From a virus (Duplodnaviria; Caudoviricetes): a stretch of 36,935 nt of DNA. Of the stretch, positions 15,498 through 24,172 are shown piece after piece. Under the pieces are notes generated by a model. That model saw only the letters and a list, made by a program, of their open reading frames with translations. It was not told the DNA's origin and searched no databases. The stretch spans positions 1 to 36,935 of the IMG/VR virus record IMGVR_UViG_3300032135_000029. One strand, given 5' to 3'. Within the stretch, counting starts at the first letter, position 1, and each line of letters starts with the position of its first letter. A program made the position numbers and the translations under genes.

Positions 15498-15647
15498 CTC
15501 CCCAGCGTCTACGTCAATTGCCGTGGCCCACCTTGCAACCTCGGCCATGCTTGGCATGTGATCGACGCTGGGTGATCTGGCGACTTCATTGTCGCCACTC
15601 TCGTAATGCACGGTTGCCTCCTCGGCATTTGCGGGAGACTCCCGCAT
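15441..15647 (-). CDS. Small protein resembling the C-terminal half of an XRE domain
   Basis: GAAAGGAAG RBS before ATG 15647; PSMAEVARWATAIDVDAGELL. Confidence 0.5.
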   Translation of the reverse strand: MRESPANAEEATVHYESGDNEVARSPSVDHMPSMAEVARWATAIDVDAGELLARLLGVDSGKNLHVIE

Positions 15648-15683
15648 GACTTCCTTTCTATCAGGCGTCACCGACAGTCGCCG

Positions 15684-16808
15684 CTACGCCTCGCCGCCCG
15701 GTAGGAGTAGGCCGCTTGACTCGTCGAGCCATTTACGCATTTCGTCCTGGTCTGAGTGGGTGTACATCTTGAGTGCCGCCTGCGATGCGTGGCCGGCAAT
15801 GGCCTCGCGCACGTGGGACGGGGCTCCCATTTTGGCGAGCATGGTGAGCGCCGTGTGTCGCGCTGAGTGCAAGCGAACCTCGGGCAAGTCGGCGGCGAGC
15901 AGTGCCCGCTTCCATGCGCGGGCGTCGGTGCGTTCGTCGGTAATGCCGGGGCCGCACACAAACCCATCGGGCGCGAGTTTAGGCACGTAGCGGCGCATCA
16001 TTTCCAGGACGGCGGCAGGCATGGGCAGGAGTCGTGCACCCGCTCCCGTCTTAGGTTCAGTGAGGTGGTAGTCGTTGCCTAGCGCCTCGGACTTGACGCC
16101 GCGACGTGGGGCAACCTCGAGACGCTGCAGTTGCCACTCAACACGGATGGTCCCGGCGTCGAGGTCTACGTGGTCGGCTCGCAATCCCAGGCACTCACCT
16201 TGGCGCATTCCCATGATGAGTGCAAGGCTCCAGCGGATCATTGCGCGCGGGTCGGTCGCCACGGATCGTAGCAATGTCTCTCCCTGTTCGGCAGTGAGGT
16301 ACTTGGCTTCATAGTGCGCTTTCTGTGGACCCTTGACGATGGCGGCTATGTTGCGGGACGTCACCTGTTCGGCCATTGCGTCGTTGAGAGACTTACGCAA
16401 GACGGCGTGGGCGTTGTGGGCCGTTGTTGGAGACAGGCCGCGGTCGTCGATGACGTAGGAAGCGAGGCGGCGCACGTGTTCGGCCCCCAGTTTGTCGACC
16501 TGGATTCGACCGATGGGCGGCGTGATGAGCGTGACCATGTGGGCGTAGTTCTCTAGGGTGCGCGGTCGAACGTTGGGTGCCGCTATCTCTACGAGCCAAC
16601 GCTCAAGCCATCGGGCAAGGGTTGGGGAGGTGGTGAGCATGTCCCCGGCGCGGTCGACTTCCTTTTGTACGGCACGGGCTTTGGTGATCGCCCCGGCTCG
16701 CGTCTTCGAGTAGACGGTCTTGCGCCGCCGCTTACCATCGAGTCGCACGGGAAGCTCGATTGTTACAGCCCAGAGGCCGTCCGATGCGCGCTGGTGCGGC
16801 TTTGCCAT
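15684..16808 (-). CDS. int: Tyrosine integrase
   Basis: GMRQGECLGL (R), PKT (K), HSARH (HxxR), AGH, and catalytic Y in KMYTH. N-terminal arm-binding domain. AAGGAG RBS before ATG 16808. Confidence 0.96.
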   Translation of the reverse strand: MAKPHQRASDGLWAVTIELPVRLDGKRRRKTVYSKTRAGAITKARAVQKEVDRAGDMLTTSPTLARWLERWLVEIAAPNVRPRTLENYAHMVTLITPPIGRIQVDKLGAEHVRRLASYVIDDRGLSPTTAHNAHAVLRKSLNDAMAEQVTSRNIAAIVKGPQKAHYEAKYLTAEQGETLLRSVATDPRAMIRWSLALIMGMRQGECLGLRADHVDLDAGTIRVEWQLQRLEVAPRRGVKSEALGNDYHLTEPKTGAGARLLPMPAAVLEMMRRYVPKLAPDGFVCGPGITDERTDARAWKRALLAADLPEVRLHSARHTALTMLAKMGAPSHVREAIAGHASQAALKMYTHSDQDEMRKWLDESSGLLLPGGEA

Positions 16809-16820
16809 GTCATGCTCCTT

Positions 16821-16846
16821 AGGTACAGCCATTACTACAGCCATGA
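16821..16846 (+). repeat. Integrase arm-type site pair (left)
   Basis: AGGTACAGCCA-TTA-CTACAGCCATGA: two TACAGCCA units, 24/26 identical to 17043-17068. Confidence 0.8.
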
Positions 16847-16937
16847 CTATGTGACCACATGGCACCACCTGGGTACAAGTGGAAGGCTATTACCAGGGGT
16901 TTCATGTTTTCTACTCTCCAGGCTACACCCCTTGCCA

Positions 16938-16991
16938 CTGACTGTAAATCAGCCGTCGTAGACTTCGAGGGTTCGAATCCCCCACTCGCCA
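16938..16991 (+). other. attP core: 3' half of tRNA-Tyr(GTA)
   Basis: CTGA-CTGTAAA-TCAG anticodon arm, long variable arm, GGTTCGAATCC T-arm, ACTCGCCA acceptor 3' strand. No 5' half present. Adjacent to int. Confidence 0.9.
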
Positions 16992-17000
16992 CACGCACGA

Positions 17001-17039
17001 AAGCGCCCCTCCCGACACTCGGGAGGGGCGCTTCTGTTT
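17001..17039 (+). terminator. Intrinsic terminator after the tRNA fragment (possibly bidirectional)
   Basis: 15-bp perfect stem AAGCGCCCCTCCCGA/TCGGGAGGGGCGCTT followed by a T-rich tail. Confidence 0.8.
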
Positions 17040-17042
17040 GTC

Positions 17043-17068
17043 AGGTACAGCCACAACTACAGCCATGA
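17043..17068 (+). repeat. Integrase arm-type site pair (right)
   Basis: AGGTACAGCCA-CAA-CTACAGCCATGA. Confidence 0.8.
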
Positions 17069-17072
17069 ACGC

Positions 17073-17115
17073 AAAACGCCCCCCGCCTACCTAGTGAAGG
17101 GCAAGCGGGGGGCGT
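17073..17115 (-). terminator. Terminator downstream of the lipoprotein gene
   Basis: 11-bp stem ACGCCCCCCGC/GCGGGGGGCGT with a short T tract on the - strand. Confidence 0.65.
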
Positions 17116-17125
17116 CGAGGGCGAG

Positions 17126-17464
17126 TCAGCATTGCGGGTGATATGCCTCCTGTAATAGTGCGTCCACCGTTCCCTCTCCCCATGCGGTGCCACAGCCCAG
17201 GAATGCGCGCGTGTTCGCATCCTCGGCCGAGAGGATCAGGTCGGGGTCGGGGTTCTGCTCAAGGTAGATCTCGTAGGGGTCGACCGGTTCTGCGATTTCG
17301 GCAACTTCGGGTGCCGGTGTTGCCGTGACGGTAACGCGGGTTGCGGGCATTGCGTCGGCTTCGATGGTGACCGTCGTGGCAGGCTCGGGCGTCGTGGTGT
17401 TGCCACAGCCTGCGAGGGCCAGTGCGGCTAGGGCGGCGAGGGTTGCTAGGTGTCGTGGGTTCAT
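17126..17464 (-). CDS. Lipoprotein
   Basis: Signal peptide with lipobox LAGC and Thr/Pro linker. Own unit between two terminators; TAGGGT lies 6 nt before ATG (leaderless-like). Confidence 0.8.
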   Translation of the reverse strand: MNPRHLATLAALAALALAGCGNTTTPEPATTVTIEADAMPATRVTVTATPAPEVAEIAEPVDPYEIYLEQNPDPDLILSAEDANTRAFLGCGTAWGEGTVDALLQEAYHPQC

Positions 17465-17512
17465 GGTTGAACCCTAGCGCCGCGTACTGACGCGCGCTTG
17501 GCAGGGACGACG

Positions 17513-17555
17513 AAAAAGCCCGGCCACCAACCCACTAGGGGAAGGTGACCGGGCT
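17513..17555 (-). terminator. Late-operon terminator after holin
   Basis: Stem AGCCCGGTCACC/GGTGGCCGGGCT then a T tract on the - strand. Confidence 0.75.
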
Positions 17556-17583
17556 CTGTTTCGCGCGTGGAGGGTGCGCGCGG

Positions 17584-17781
17584 CTATGCGTCAGTTGAGC
17601 CTGACGAGTCTGTGTTGGCGGTTGCCATGAGGGCGACGACAGTAGTGGCGACGGCTACACCGAACGCCCGCCAGTCGCCCTGAGATGCTTCCCAGAGTCC
17701 GTAGACAGCAACGGCGGCAGACAGGACGGCGTAGATGTACTTGCGTGCCTTGGCAGACACGATGTCAATGAGCGGCTTCAT
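17584..17781 (-). CDS. Holin
   Basis: 65 aa, two hydrophobic helices, ARKYIYAV motif; ATGA-free but directly follows the endolysin. Confidence 0.8.
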   Translation of the reverse strand: MKPLIDIVSAKARKYIYAVLSAAVAVYGLWEASQGDWRAFGVAVATTVVALMATANTDSSGSTDA

Positions 17782-17790
17782 GGTATCCCC

Positions 17791-18474
17791 TTAGATCTTG
17801 TGTGACTTGCGAGCGGACAGGTAGGCGGCTTCCGTCTTCTTGCCCCAGATGCCGTCTGCGGTGACACCGAGGATGCGCTGAATCGCGGCAACGGTGGCAT
17901 CGTGTGCGGCGCGGGAGTTGTTGCCCCACACGTTGTCGGCCTTGGTTCCAACTGCGATCTGCGCGGCCTTGGCTCCCTTGGGGAACTTGACTCCGTGCAG
18001 GTTGGAGGCATAGCGGACGGCCTCAATGCGGTCGTCGGTGTTGTCGCCCCAGAGGTTGTCGCGTTCCTTTGCGGGGAAGTGCACTGCGCCCTGGATCTTG
18101 TAGGTAACGATGTCGCCGGCCATGCGGGTATACCCGTTGCCATTGAAGCGCGACCAGGTGCCAACGTCTGCGTGCAGGTGGGTGTAGTGGCCGGGTGAGC
18201 GCCAGATTACGCCGAGCCCCATTGACTCGCCCACGATGCGTAGGTGGTCGAGCACGTCATTCTCGGACGTTGAGCTGCCGGACGTGCCGTAGTTGATGTC
18301 TGCGGCCTGACCGTACTTGCCGTCCTTGTCGTAGTGCCATGAGCCCTTGCTGTGTGCGCCGGCTTTGGCTGCGTCCCAGGGCGGCATCTCGCCTACCCGT
18401 GCGCCGATTGCCTCGGCGTAGTTGCAAAACGCGACTAGGTTTTCAGTGGGGCATCCTCGCGGTGATAGTGCCAT
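17791..18474 (-). CDS. Endolysin (M15-like Zn peptidase plus peptidoglycan-binding repeats)
   Basis: HSKGSWHY...AADIN...HYTHLH; C-terminal DNLWG/DNVWG/DGIWG repeats; GGAGG RBS before ATG 18474. Confidence 0.8.
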   Translation of the reverse strand: MALSPRGCPTENLVAFCNYAEAIGARVGEMPPWDAAKAGAHSKGSWHYDKDGKYGQAADINYGTSGSSTSENDVLDHLRIVGESMGLGVIWRSPGHYTHLHADVGTWSRFNGNGYTRMAGDIVTYKIQGAVHFPAKERDNLWGDNTDDRIEAVRYASNLHGVKFPKGAKAAQIAVGTKADNVWGNNSRAAHDATVAAIQRILGVTADGIWGKKTEAAYLSARKSHKI

Positions 18475-18552
18475 GATTTCCTCCATGTGGTGATTGGTTC
18501 GGTTGCGGAACGTGTCGGTTAAACGAGAGACATCATCGGTTTAAGGAGAGCG

Positions 18553-19431
18553 TCAGCGAACGTGGCGCAGGCCGATGCGTTCCTTGACGATGTTGCGGCG
18601 TAGGTGGGTGCCGCATTTGCGACAGCGCACGAGGCCGTATGCGGTCATGGCGGTGTAGGCCAATTTGCCGGGGACGGTTTCGAGCTTGCCGTGCCCACAG
18701 TTCGCGCACACGTCGAGCGGGTTGCCGTTGTCATCGTGGCCTGCCCAGAGTGCAAGGTTCGGGTGGTCCTTGATGAATGGGCGCATGGCATCCATGAGAC
18801 GCTCGGTCTGGGTCACGTCGCCGCGGTTGTACTTCTCCATGAGGGCGTGTGCCTTGGGGTCGCCGCGCATGAAGTCGATCCACAGTGACCAGCCTTGGTG
18901 TGCGACCTTGCCGCCTAGCCCGAACGCGTCGAGCGATTCGGCCAGTGATGCGTAGTCCCAGCCCATACGCTTAGACGTTCGCATAAGGTCAAGCGAGCGA
19001 TACGGGGATGGCAGGTCGATCTCCATACGCGCGAACTCGCCGCGCAACTTGGCTTCATCGAACCTGATCGAGTTGTAGCCCACCACAATGTCGGCCTCAT
19101 CTAGCAGATCGCGGATCTTGACGAGCATCTCGAGGTAGCCGGGTACGTGGTGGGGTTGCATGAACGTCTGGTCCACGGGATCGGTGGCTGCGTAAAACAC
19201 TTCCTTCTCGCCGTACCACTTGGCCGCAAACGAAATGGTGGACGACCGGATGAGCTGCTTATCGCGGCCCATGAAGCCACCGTTGCGTGGTGCCCACTCG
19301 AGGTACACGCCCGGTCGGCGCTCAATGTCGAACGTCAGCACGCGGGCGCGGGTCTGCATCTTGTGCAGACGTGCGGCGCTAGCGAGTCCCACCGGAACAC
19401 TTTCCCTTGAGGTGGTTAAGGAAGGCCGCAT
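18553..19431 (-). CDS. DEDDy 3'-5' exonuclease (RNase H-like fold) with C-terminal Zn ribbon
   Basis: ExoI TFDIE, ExoII GYNSIRFD, ExoIII YNRGD, then CANC...CRKC. Start codon uncertain. Confidence 0.85.
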   Translation of the reverse strand: MRPSLTTSRESVPVGLASAARLHKMQTRARVLTFDIERRPGVYLEWAPRNGGFMGRDKQLIRSSTISFAAKWYGEKEVFYAATDPVDQTFMQPHHVPGYLEMLVKIRDLLDEADIVVGYNSIRFDEAKLRGEFARMEIDLPSPYRSLDLMRTSKRMGWDYASLAESLDAFGLGGKVAHQGWSLWIDFMRGDPKAHALMEKYNRGDVTQTERLMDAMRPFIKDHPNLALWAGHDDNGNPLDVCANCGHGKLETVPGKLAYTAMTAYGLVRCRKCGTHLRRNIVKERIGLRHVR

Positions 19432-19633
19432 ACTGTAGCGGCTGACCGTCCTCTTGGCATTCCTCCCAGAGACGAGATGCGTTCCATCCCTGCTCTTGTG
19501 CGAGGGCTAGTGGCGTCAGCGACTTGAGCGCTATCACCGCTTCGGCATCTAGAGTGTCCTGCCAATCGCAGGCGCCACACTTCCGGCGAGTGTCTGGCGC
19601 TGGGCCAGTCGTGAGTGCTGTTGCTAGTGACAT
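19379..19633 (-). CDS. Small protein with CxxC...H-x3-C motif
   Basis: GGAGG RBS; CGAC and HLKGKC; overlaps the exonuclease ORF. Confidence 0.7.
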   Translation of the reverse strand: MSLATALTTGPAPDTRRKCGACDWQDTLDAEAVIALKSLTPLALAQEQGWNASRLWEECQEDGQPLQYAAFLNHLKGKCSGGTR

Positions 19634-19682
19634 TTGCTTCCTCCAAAGCGGTGCGGTTATTTAGTTGTGGGTGGTGCTGGTG

Positions 19683-20066
19683 CTAGGGTCGTGCGGACTG
19701 AATGATGGCGGTCACGATTGCTACGAGTACGCCAGCCATCGTGAGTCCGCTGGCGATTGCCGCCCACATTCCCTTGGGGGTGACGTGGGGGCGTGCCCTG
19801 ATCTTGGCAATTTCTGACCTCGCGTTTGAGATGTCGGCGGTGTGCTCACGTGCCAGTTCGCGGATGCGAACCTCATGGTCGTCTACGTCTTTGCGTAGGT
19901 CGGCCACCTCGGCTACTCGTGCAGCGTTGCCAAGTTCCACGGCTTGCGTGAGGGTGTTTATCGACCCCTTGAGCTCTGCCATGCCAGTGTCGAATTTGCC
20001 CTCTAGTCTCGCCACAACTTGCCCAAACTCCGAGACGGCCTCGGTATAGGTGCGGTCGGTGGTCAT
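19683..20066 (-). CDS. Coiled-coil protein with C-terminal transmembrane helix
   Basis: DHEVRIRELA coiled coil and hydrophobic C-terminus; typical of lysis regions. Confidence 0.75.
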   Translation of the reverse strand: MTTDRTYTEAVSEFGQVVARLEGKFDTGMAELKGSINTLTQAVELGNAARVAEVADLRKDVDDHEVRIRELAREHTADISNARSEIAKIRARPHVTPKGMWAAIASGLTMAGVLVAIVTAIIQSARP

Positions 20067-20605
20067 GGTGTACCTTCCAACTTTGCGATGCGTGCCTCTA
20101 GTGCGTCTAGCCTGGGCACCCCCCCGGTAGTTCCCCTAACTTTGGGCGACAGCCACGCAATCCATAGGTTGAGGTTGCCCGATGCAATGGAGTCGTATCC
20201 GCTGGTGGTGGCAAGGTTTACGGGACCGTTCTCATCGGAGCATGTGATGTTGATGTAGTCGTTGCCTCCCGACGCACCGAACATGAGCCGGTTTGCGGCG
20301 GCGGTCTCATCGCCCGTCACGATTGGCGCACCGTTGATCGCGCCGTCCGTCTGTACGCGGATGCGACCGGACGCTTTCTCGATCAACACTTCGGGCAGTA
20401 CGCCAGAACTAATGTGCCCCGAGTTCGCGTGCAAGTAGAGGCCGGTGTTCATGTAGAACGGTGTGGTCGAGTCGCCTCCACCTTCGCCGTCAACGTAGCC
20501 CTGTGAGTGAAGTGCGCCAGGTGTTATTCGGATGACGCCTGTGCGAATCTCGAACTCGCTGTCTGGGTTAGTGGCGTCCATGTAGGGTCCGTGCTCGTCA
20601 GCCAT
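20063..20605 (-). CDS. Hypothetical late protein (possible minor tail protein)
   Basis: Gly-rich, beta-like sequence with terminal RLDALEARIAKLE coiled coil; follows the tail genes. Confidence 0.65.
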   Translation of the reverse strand: MADEHGPYMDATNPDSEFEIRTGVIRITPGALHSQGYVDGEGGGDSTTPFYMNTGLYLHANSGHISSGVLPEVLIEKASGRIRVQTDGAINGAPIVTGDETAAANRLMFGASGGNDYINITCSDENGPVNLATTSGYDSIASGNLNLWIAWLSPKVRGTTGGVPRLDALEARIAKLEGTP

Positions 20606-20608
20606 CGT

Positions 20609-21610
20609 CTAGTCCACCAGGAAGGAAATGGTTCCCATTCCCAGCCCTGGGGAAGCAGCGCCCCCGTTGTACCAGCGAATCCAGACGACCCCAGTATCTT
20701 GGACGTAGAACTCGCCTGGCTGGGCGTATCCCGCCGCAAGAGAATAGACAGAAGTGTAGACGCGAGACGCGGGCCGATGCCCGGGGGGTAGCGTAAATAT
20801 AGTAGTGCTCAGCGTGCCCCCATACAGTTCGCCCTTAAAGAACAACTGCGAGCCGATTTTCCGGTAAGCAAACCCGGAACTTACCCAACCGGCCGAGAGG
20901 GAGGGGGTAATCCAGCCGGTGTCGCGCGCATCAAAGGTCACCCACGTTGTACCGTCAATGGTGCGCTGTAGTTCAGTACCTGCCGCCTGCGCTTTGTTGT
21001 GCACGTAGAGCGGGTTGTCTGCGGTGGGTGCCAGTGCTGTTGCGACCACTCCACGGTGCGTGTTGTCGCGCACTGGCACGATTGCCCCTGCTGCCGCGCA
21101 GTAGTTCGCGGCCCATGTGGAGACAGGGTTACCGCCCCCTGACGCGGGCACGGCAATGGTCGCGAGCACCATTGAGCGTGCGGGCGTGGCGGGTGCTACT
21201 GGCGAACCGGACGCGGTGCCTGCGGTGTAGTTGACCGTGACGGCGGGGACGCTTGAGCCATCCGACTCGCTGGGGTCATCCAACTTGACGGTGAGAATGT
21301 CAACCCGCGCATAGGTAGCGTGGGCCGCGCTCACGGTGCCCGTCACGTTGGCGTCGACGGCGTACCAGTAAGCCGACGCTTCAACCGCGGTCTCAAGGTC
21401 AAGGATGCCAGCGTGAGGCTTGACGGTCCAGCCGAAGCCCGACAGCGCGACCGTGGTCGACGGCGTGCCGATGCGGACACCAGACATCGCGCCCAACGGT
21501 CGAGTCGACTTAGCCCCCGCCATGAGTGCCGTGTTTGCCTGACGCAGTTTGCGGCCAGTGTATGACGGTGCGCCAGTTACTGCATCGGCGGGCCAGATGA
21601 TGATTGCCAT
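20609..21610 (-). CDS. Minor tail / receptor-binding protein
   Basis: ARVDILTVKL N-terminal module; C-terminal DTGW...YRKIG...IFTLPPGHRP head-domain motif. Confidence 0.8.
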   Translation of the reverse strand: MAIIIWPADAVTGAPSYTGRKLRQANTALMAGAKSTRPLGAMSGVRIGTPSTTVALSGFGWTVKPHAGILDLETAVEASAYWYAVDANVTGTVSAAHATYARVDILTVKLDDPSESDGSSVPAVTVNYTAGTASGSPVAPATPARSMVLATIAVPASGGGNPVSTWAANYCAAAGAIVPVRDNTHRGVVATALAPTADNPLYVHNKAQAAGTELQRTIDGTTWVTFDARDTGWITPSLSAGWVSSGFAYRKIGSQLFFKGELYGGTLSTTIFTLPPGHRPASRVYTSVYSLAAGYAQPGEFYVQDTGVVWIRWYNGGAASPGLGMGTISFLVD

Positions 21611-21663
21611 GAGTGCTCCTTATGTTCAGTTAAGTCGGGAGTTGAAGCGTGAGGGGGCGAGTG

Positions 21664-22221
21664 CTAGAACCACTGGACGACGTACAGCACGTCCATCCCG
21701 AACGTGCCGGTGCCGGATAGTGTGGTGTGGCGCGAAATGATTACGTCGGTCCCGTTCACGACATCCATCACCGCACTGGCGAATCCGACTAGGCCGAGCG
21801 CGGTACCGAGCGACTCGTATGATGAAAGTTCGCGCGGGTATATGCCAGCCCCCGTGTCGTAGAGATACGATGCGGCGAACTCCGTGTTCCGCGTGGCAGT
21901 GCTAGTGACGTCCTCGGTCATGTAGACAGAAACGATTCCCCCTGATGCCCAACTAGGCGGGGTTAACGTGGCGGTCCAGTCGCCATCTAGGTTGTCGGTG
22001 ACGGTGTAATATGCGGGCGTGATGGATATTGATTCAGACAGCCGCGCTTGCTGTGACGTGAGGGTCGCTTGAGCGGCGAGCAGGTCGGCAACTGTCGACT
22101 GAAACGACTTAGCAATAGACGGACCAAGTTCCCGTTGCTTACGCTCCATTGCCTCGATGCGTCGCATGAGCGCATCGTCACCACGGGGGAGCGGCTGCCC
22201 CTGAATTAGTGAGCCGGCCAT
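21664..22221 (-). CDS. Minor tail protein
   Basis: N-terminal coiled coil; TAATG overlap with the upstream tail gene. Confidence 0.7.
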   Translation of the reverse strand: MAGSLIQGQPLPRGDDALMRRIEAMERKQRELGPSIAKSFQSTVADLLAAQATLTSQQARLSESISITPAYYTVTDNLDGDWTATLTPPSWASGGIVSVYMTEDVTSTATRNTEFAASYLYDTGAGIYPRELSSYESLGTALGLVGFASAVMDVVNGTDVIISRHTTLSGTGTFGMDVLYVVQWF

Positions 22222-23312
22222 TAGGCAAGCACCTCCGTAAGCGTGGGTGTAATCGTTGGATTGGACCCATCGAGGCCGGACATCCTCCACGCGATCACGC
22301 GCGCAGTCCCGTTGAGCCCACCGGGGAACGCGGGCACGGTGCCATCTGTGCCACCGATCTGGAATCCCACGCGGTCGCCAAGTATCCAGTCGATGCCCAG
22401 CGGGGGAGCCTCGCCCAGATTCAGGGACAAGGCCAGCGTTACCGAGCCGTCACGCATCCGCGCCAAAGTTTCAGATGCGTGCAGGTTCAGTACCGAGAGG
22501 CTCCTAATCGACGTGGACGGCGTGAAGCGCTCCTCAAACCTCGGACGCACTATGTCACCAGAGCTCATCGGGTTTGACTGAGGTCGCCGGTCACCATCAG
22601 CACTCGACGTCGCCAACACGTCCGTAGCACCATCGCCTGATGCAAACGACTCCACGAGAGTGATCGAGGTCACTGGGCCAGGCATGTCAAACGACACGGC
22701 AGGCGCTAGTCCCGGCATTGGATCAACGCCCAAACGGTCCGCGACATTCAGTACGGGCGTGTAGGCGACCTGACCGGAGGACTCAGTTTCTTCCCACGAG
22801 ATCACCCACTCAACACCGTCCCGCAATCCAGACAGTTCCGAGATTATCGAGAGAACAGACTTGTCCTCGTCGTCAAAATACTCCCGGTTGCGGAAGTGTT
22901 CCGATGCCGAATACTCAACGCGAATCGTTAGCGAGTCGCCCACGTATTGATTTACCAGGTCACGCACAATATGCGTCTGCGCGATGCCCTCAAAGAGATC
23001 GTCGCCCACAAAGCGCCGGTCGAAATATGCCTCGATGGAAGCCAGGCCCAGTGTGACGACATCGCCATCAGTGCGCGAACGCGAAGTGACAAAGCCGCCC
23101 CACATCGGCACGCCATCCGACAGCATGACTAGTGTCGCTGCACCGGGCATCGTCGCCTGCTCCCAGCCATCGGGAGCGTCGACTACCGGCAACGCTGCGG
23201 ACGTCGATGAGTACGCACCGATAGCCTGCTCGATATCGCCCACAGAAACGAGGGGAATGTCGCAGATGACGCGACCGGTCCTCATGTCGCAAGCAACCCA
23301 CTCAATAGCCAT
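22221..23312 (-). CDS. Minor tail protein (hub/Tal-like)
   Basis: WVACDMRTGRVICDIP...PMWGGFV...WILGDRV; second gene after tape measure. Confidence 0.8.
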   Translation of the reverse strand: MAIEWVACDMRTGRVICDIPLVSVGDIEQAIGAYSSTSAALPVVDAPDGWEQATMPGAATLVMLSDGVPMWGGFVTSRSRTDGDVVTLGLASIEAYFDRRFVGDDLFEGIAQTHIVRDLVNQYVGDSLTIRVEYSASEHFRNREYFDDEDKSVLSIISELSGLRDGVEWVISWEETESSGQVAYTPVLNVADRLGVDPMPGLAPAVSFDMPGPVTSITLVESFASGDGATDVLATSSADGDRRPQSNPMSSGDIVRPRFEERFTPSTSIRSLSVLNLHASETLARMRDGSVTLALSLNLGEAPPLGIDWILGDRVGFQIGGTDGTVPAFPGGLNGTARVIAWRMSGLDGSNPTITPTLTEVLA

Positions 23313-23314
23313 GC

Positions 23315-24172
23315 TCAGCTCCACGACGGCATGGCCGTCACCGTTAGGGTGCCAGTGTTGTGAGCTGCAGCAGAGAACGCCCACGTGTTATCGCCAGGCT
23401 GGAACGACGACCAGCCGCGACCGGTCACCCAGCCGTTACGTGAAGCCGTACCGTTCTCGAGTACCTGGTGCGACTCCATGTCAATAAGCACATAGTTGCC
23501 GGCAGGAATGGTCAGGGACGCCGAGAACACAATGGACTTGCCGGACGACACGTGAGTCACCACGGGAGCCGTCACTGGACCATCGATTCGCAGCACCACC
23601 TTGCCCGCAATGTTGCCGGGGTTAGTGAGGTTGACCTGCCCCGAAACGACCGTCGACGCAATGGCGAACGGCACCGTGAATGGCACCGTGAGTCCACCAC
23701 TGGACATGGGCAGGCCGGTCGTGCCGGTGAGTGCTACTGCGGCAGTCTTGCGAGGGTCCGTAGCAATGATCTGGATCGACCACTCTAGGCTGGTGCCATC
23801 GTCGCCAATGTCGTTAACAATGACCGCACCAGAACGACGCACCATCAGCGAACGCACGAGTGTGCCTTGCGTGACAATCATGGGTACCGCACTGAGCGAC
23901 ACTGCGGCGATGAGCCTATCCTTCGCCGCCTCAGCAACCTCAATGGAAGGCGCTGTGATCGTGCCATTCATCGACATGGGACGCTCACCCAGGAATGCAT
24001 CGCCAGCCCACACACCATTCGCCCGCGGCTTCTGCTGCGGGTTAATGGTCGAAGCCGGGGAGCCCCAGCCCTCAAACGTCTCCATGAGTATCTGCGAACC
24101 GTCGTCGTAACTAGCGGTAAGACCAAGGCCGTCCAGTTCGATGTATTGGCGTGAGAGGACCGTGGCAACCAT
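23315..24172 (-). CDS. Distal tail (Dit-like) protein
   Basis: First gene after tape measure; ATDP, NPGN and FQPGDN motifs. Confidence 0.85.
   Translation of the reverse strand: MVATVLSRQYIELDGLGLTASYDDGSQILMETFEGWGSPASTINPQQKPRANGVWAGDAFLGERPMSMNGTITAPSIEVAEAAKDRLIAAVSLSAVPMIVTQGTLVRSLMVRRSGAVIVNDIGDDGTSLEWSIQIIATDPRKTAAVALTGTTGLPMSSGGLTVPFTVPFAIASTVVSGQVNLTNPGNIAGKVVLRIDGPVTAPVVTHVSSGKSIVFSASLTIPAGNYVLIDMESHQVLENGTASRNGWVTGRGWSSFQPGDNTWAFSAAAHNTGTLTVTAMPSWS

Noticed and set aside
15183-16991. Integration-dependent immunity (attP inside the repressor gene)
   Set aside because: attP lies on the far side of int, about 1.4 kb from the repressor.
16915-16995. Intact phage tRNA-Tyr gene
   Set aside because: No 5' acceptor strand (GGCGAGT expected) or D-arm upstream; it is the attP core only.
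16821-17068. CRISPR-like array from the 26-bp repeats
   Set aside because: Only two copies about 200 bp apart flanking the att core; better explained as integrase arm sites. No cas genes.
20609-21610. Diversity-generating retroelement or invertible tail-fibre system
   Set aside because: No reverse transcriptase, invertase or duplicated variable region seen.
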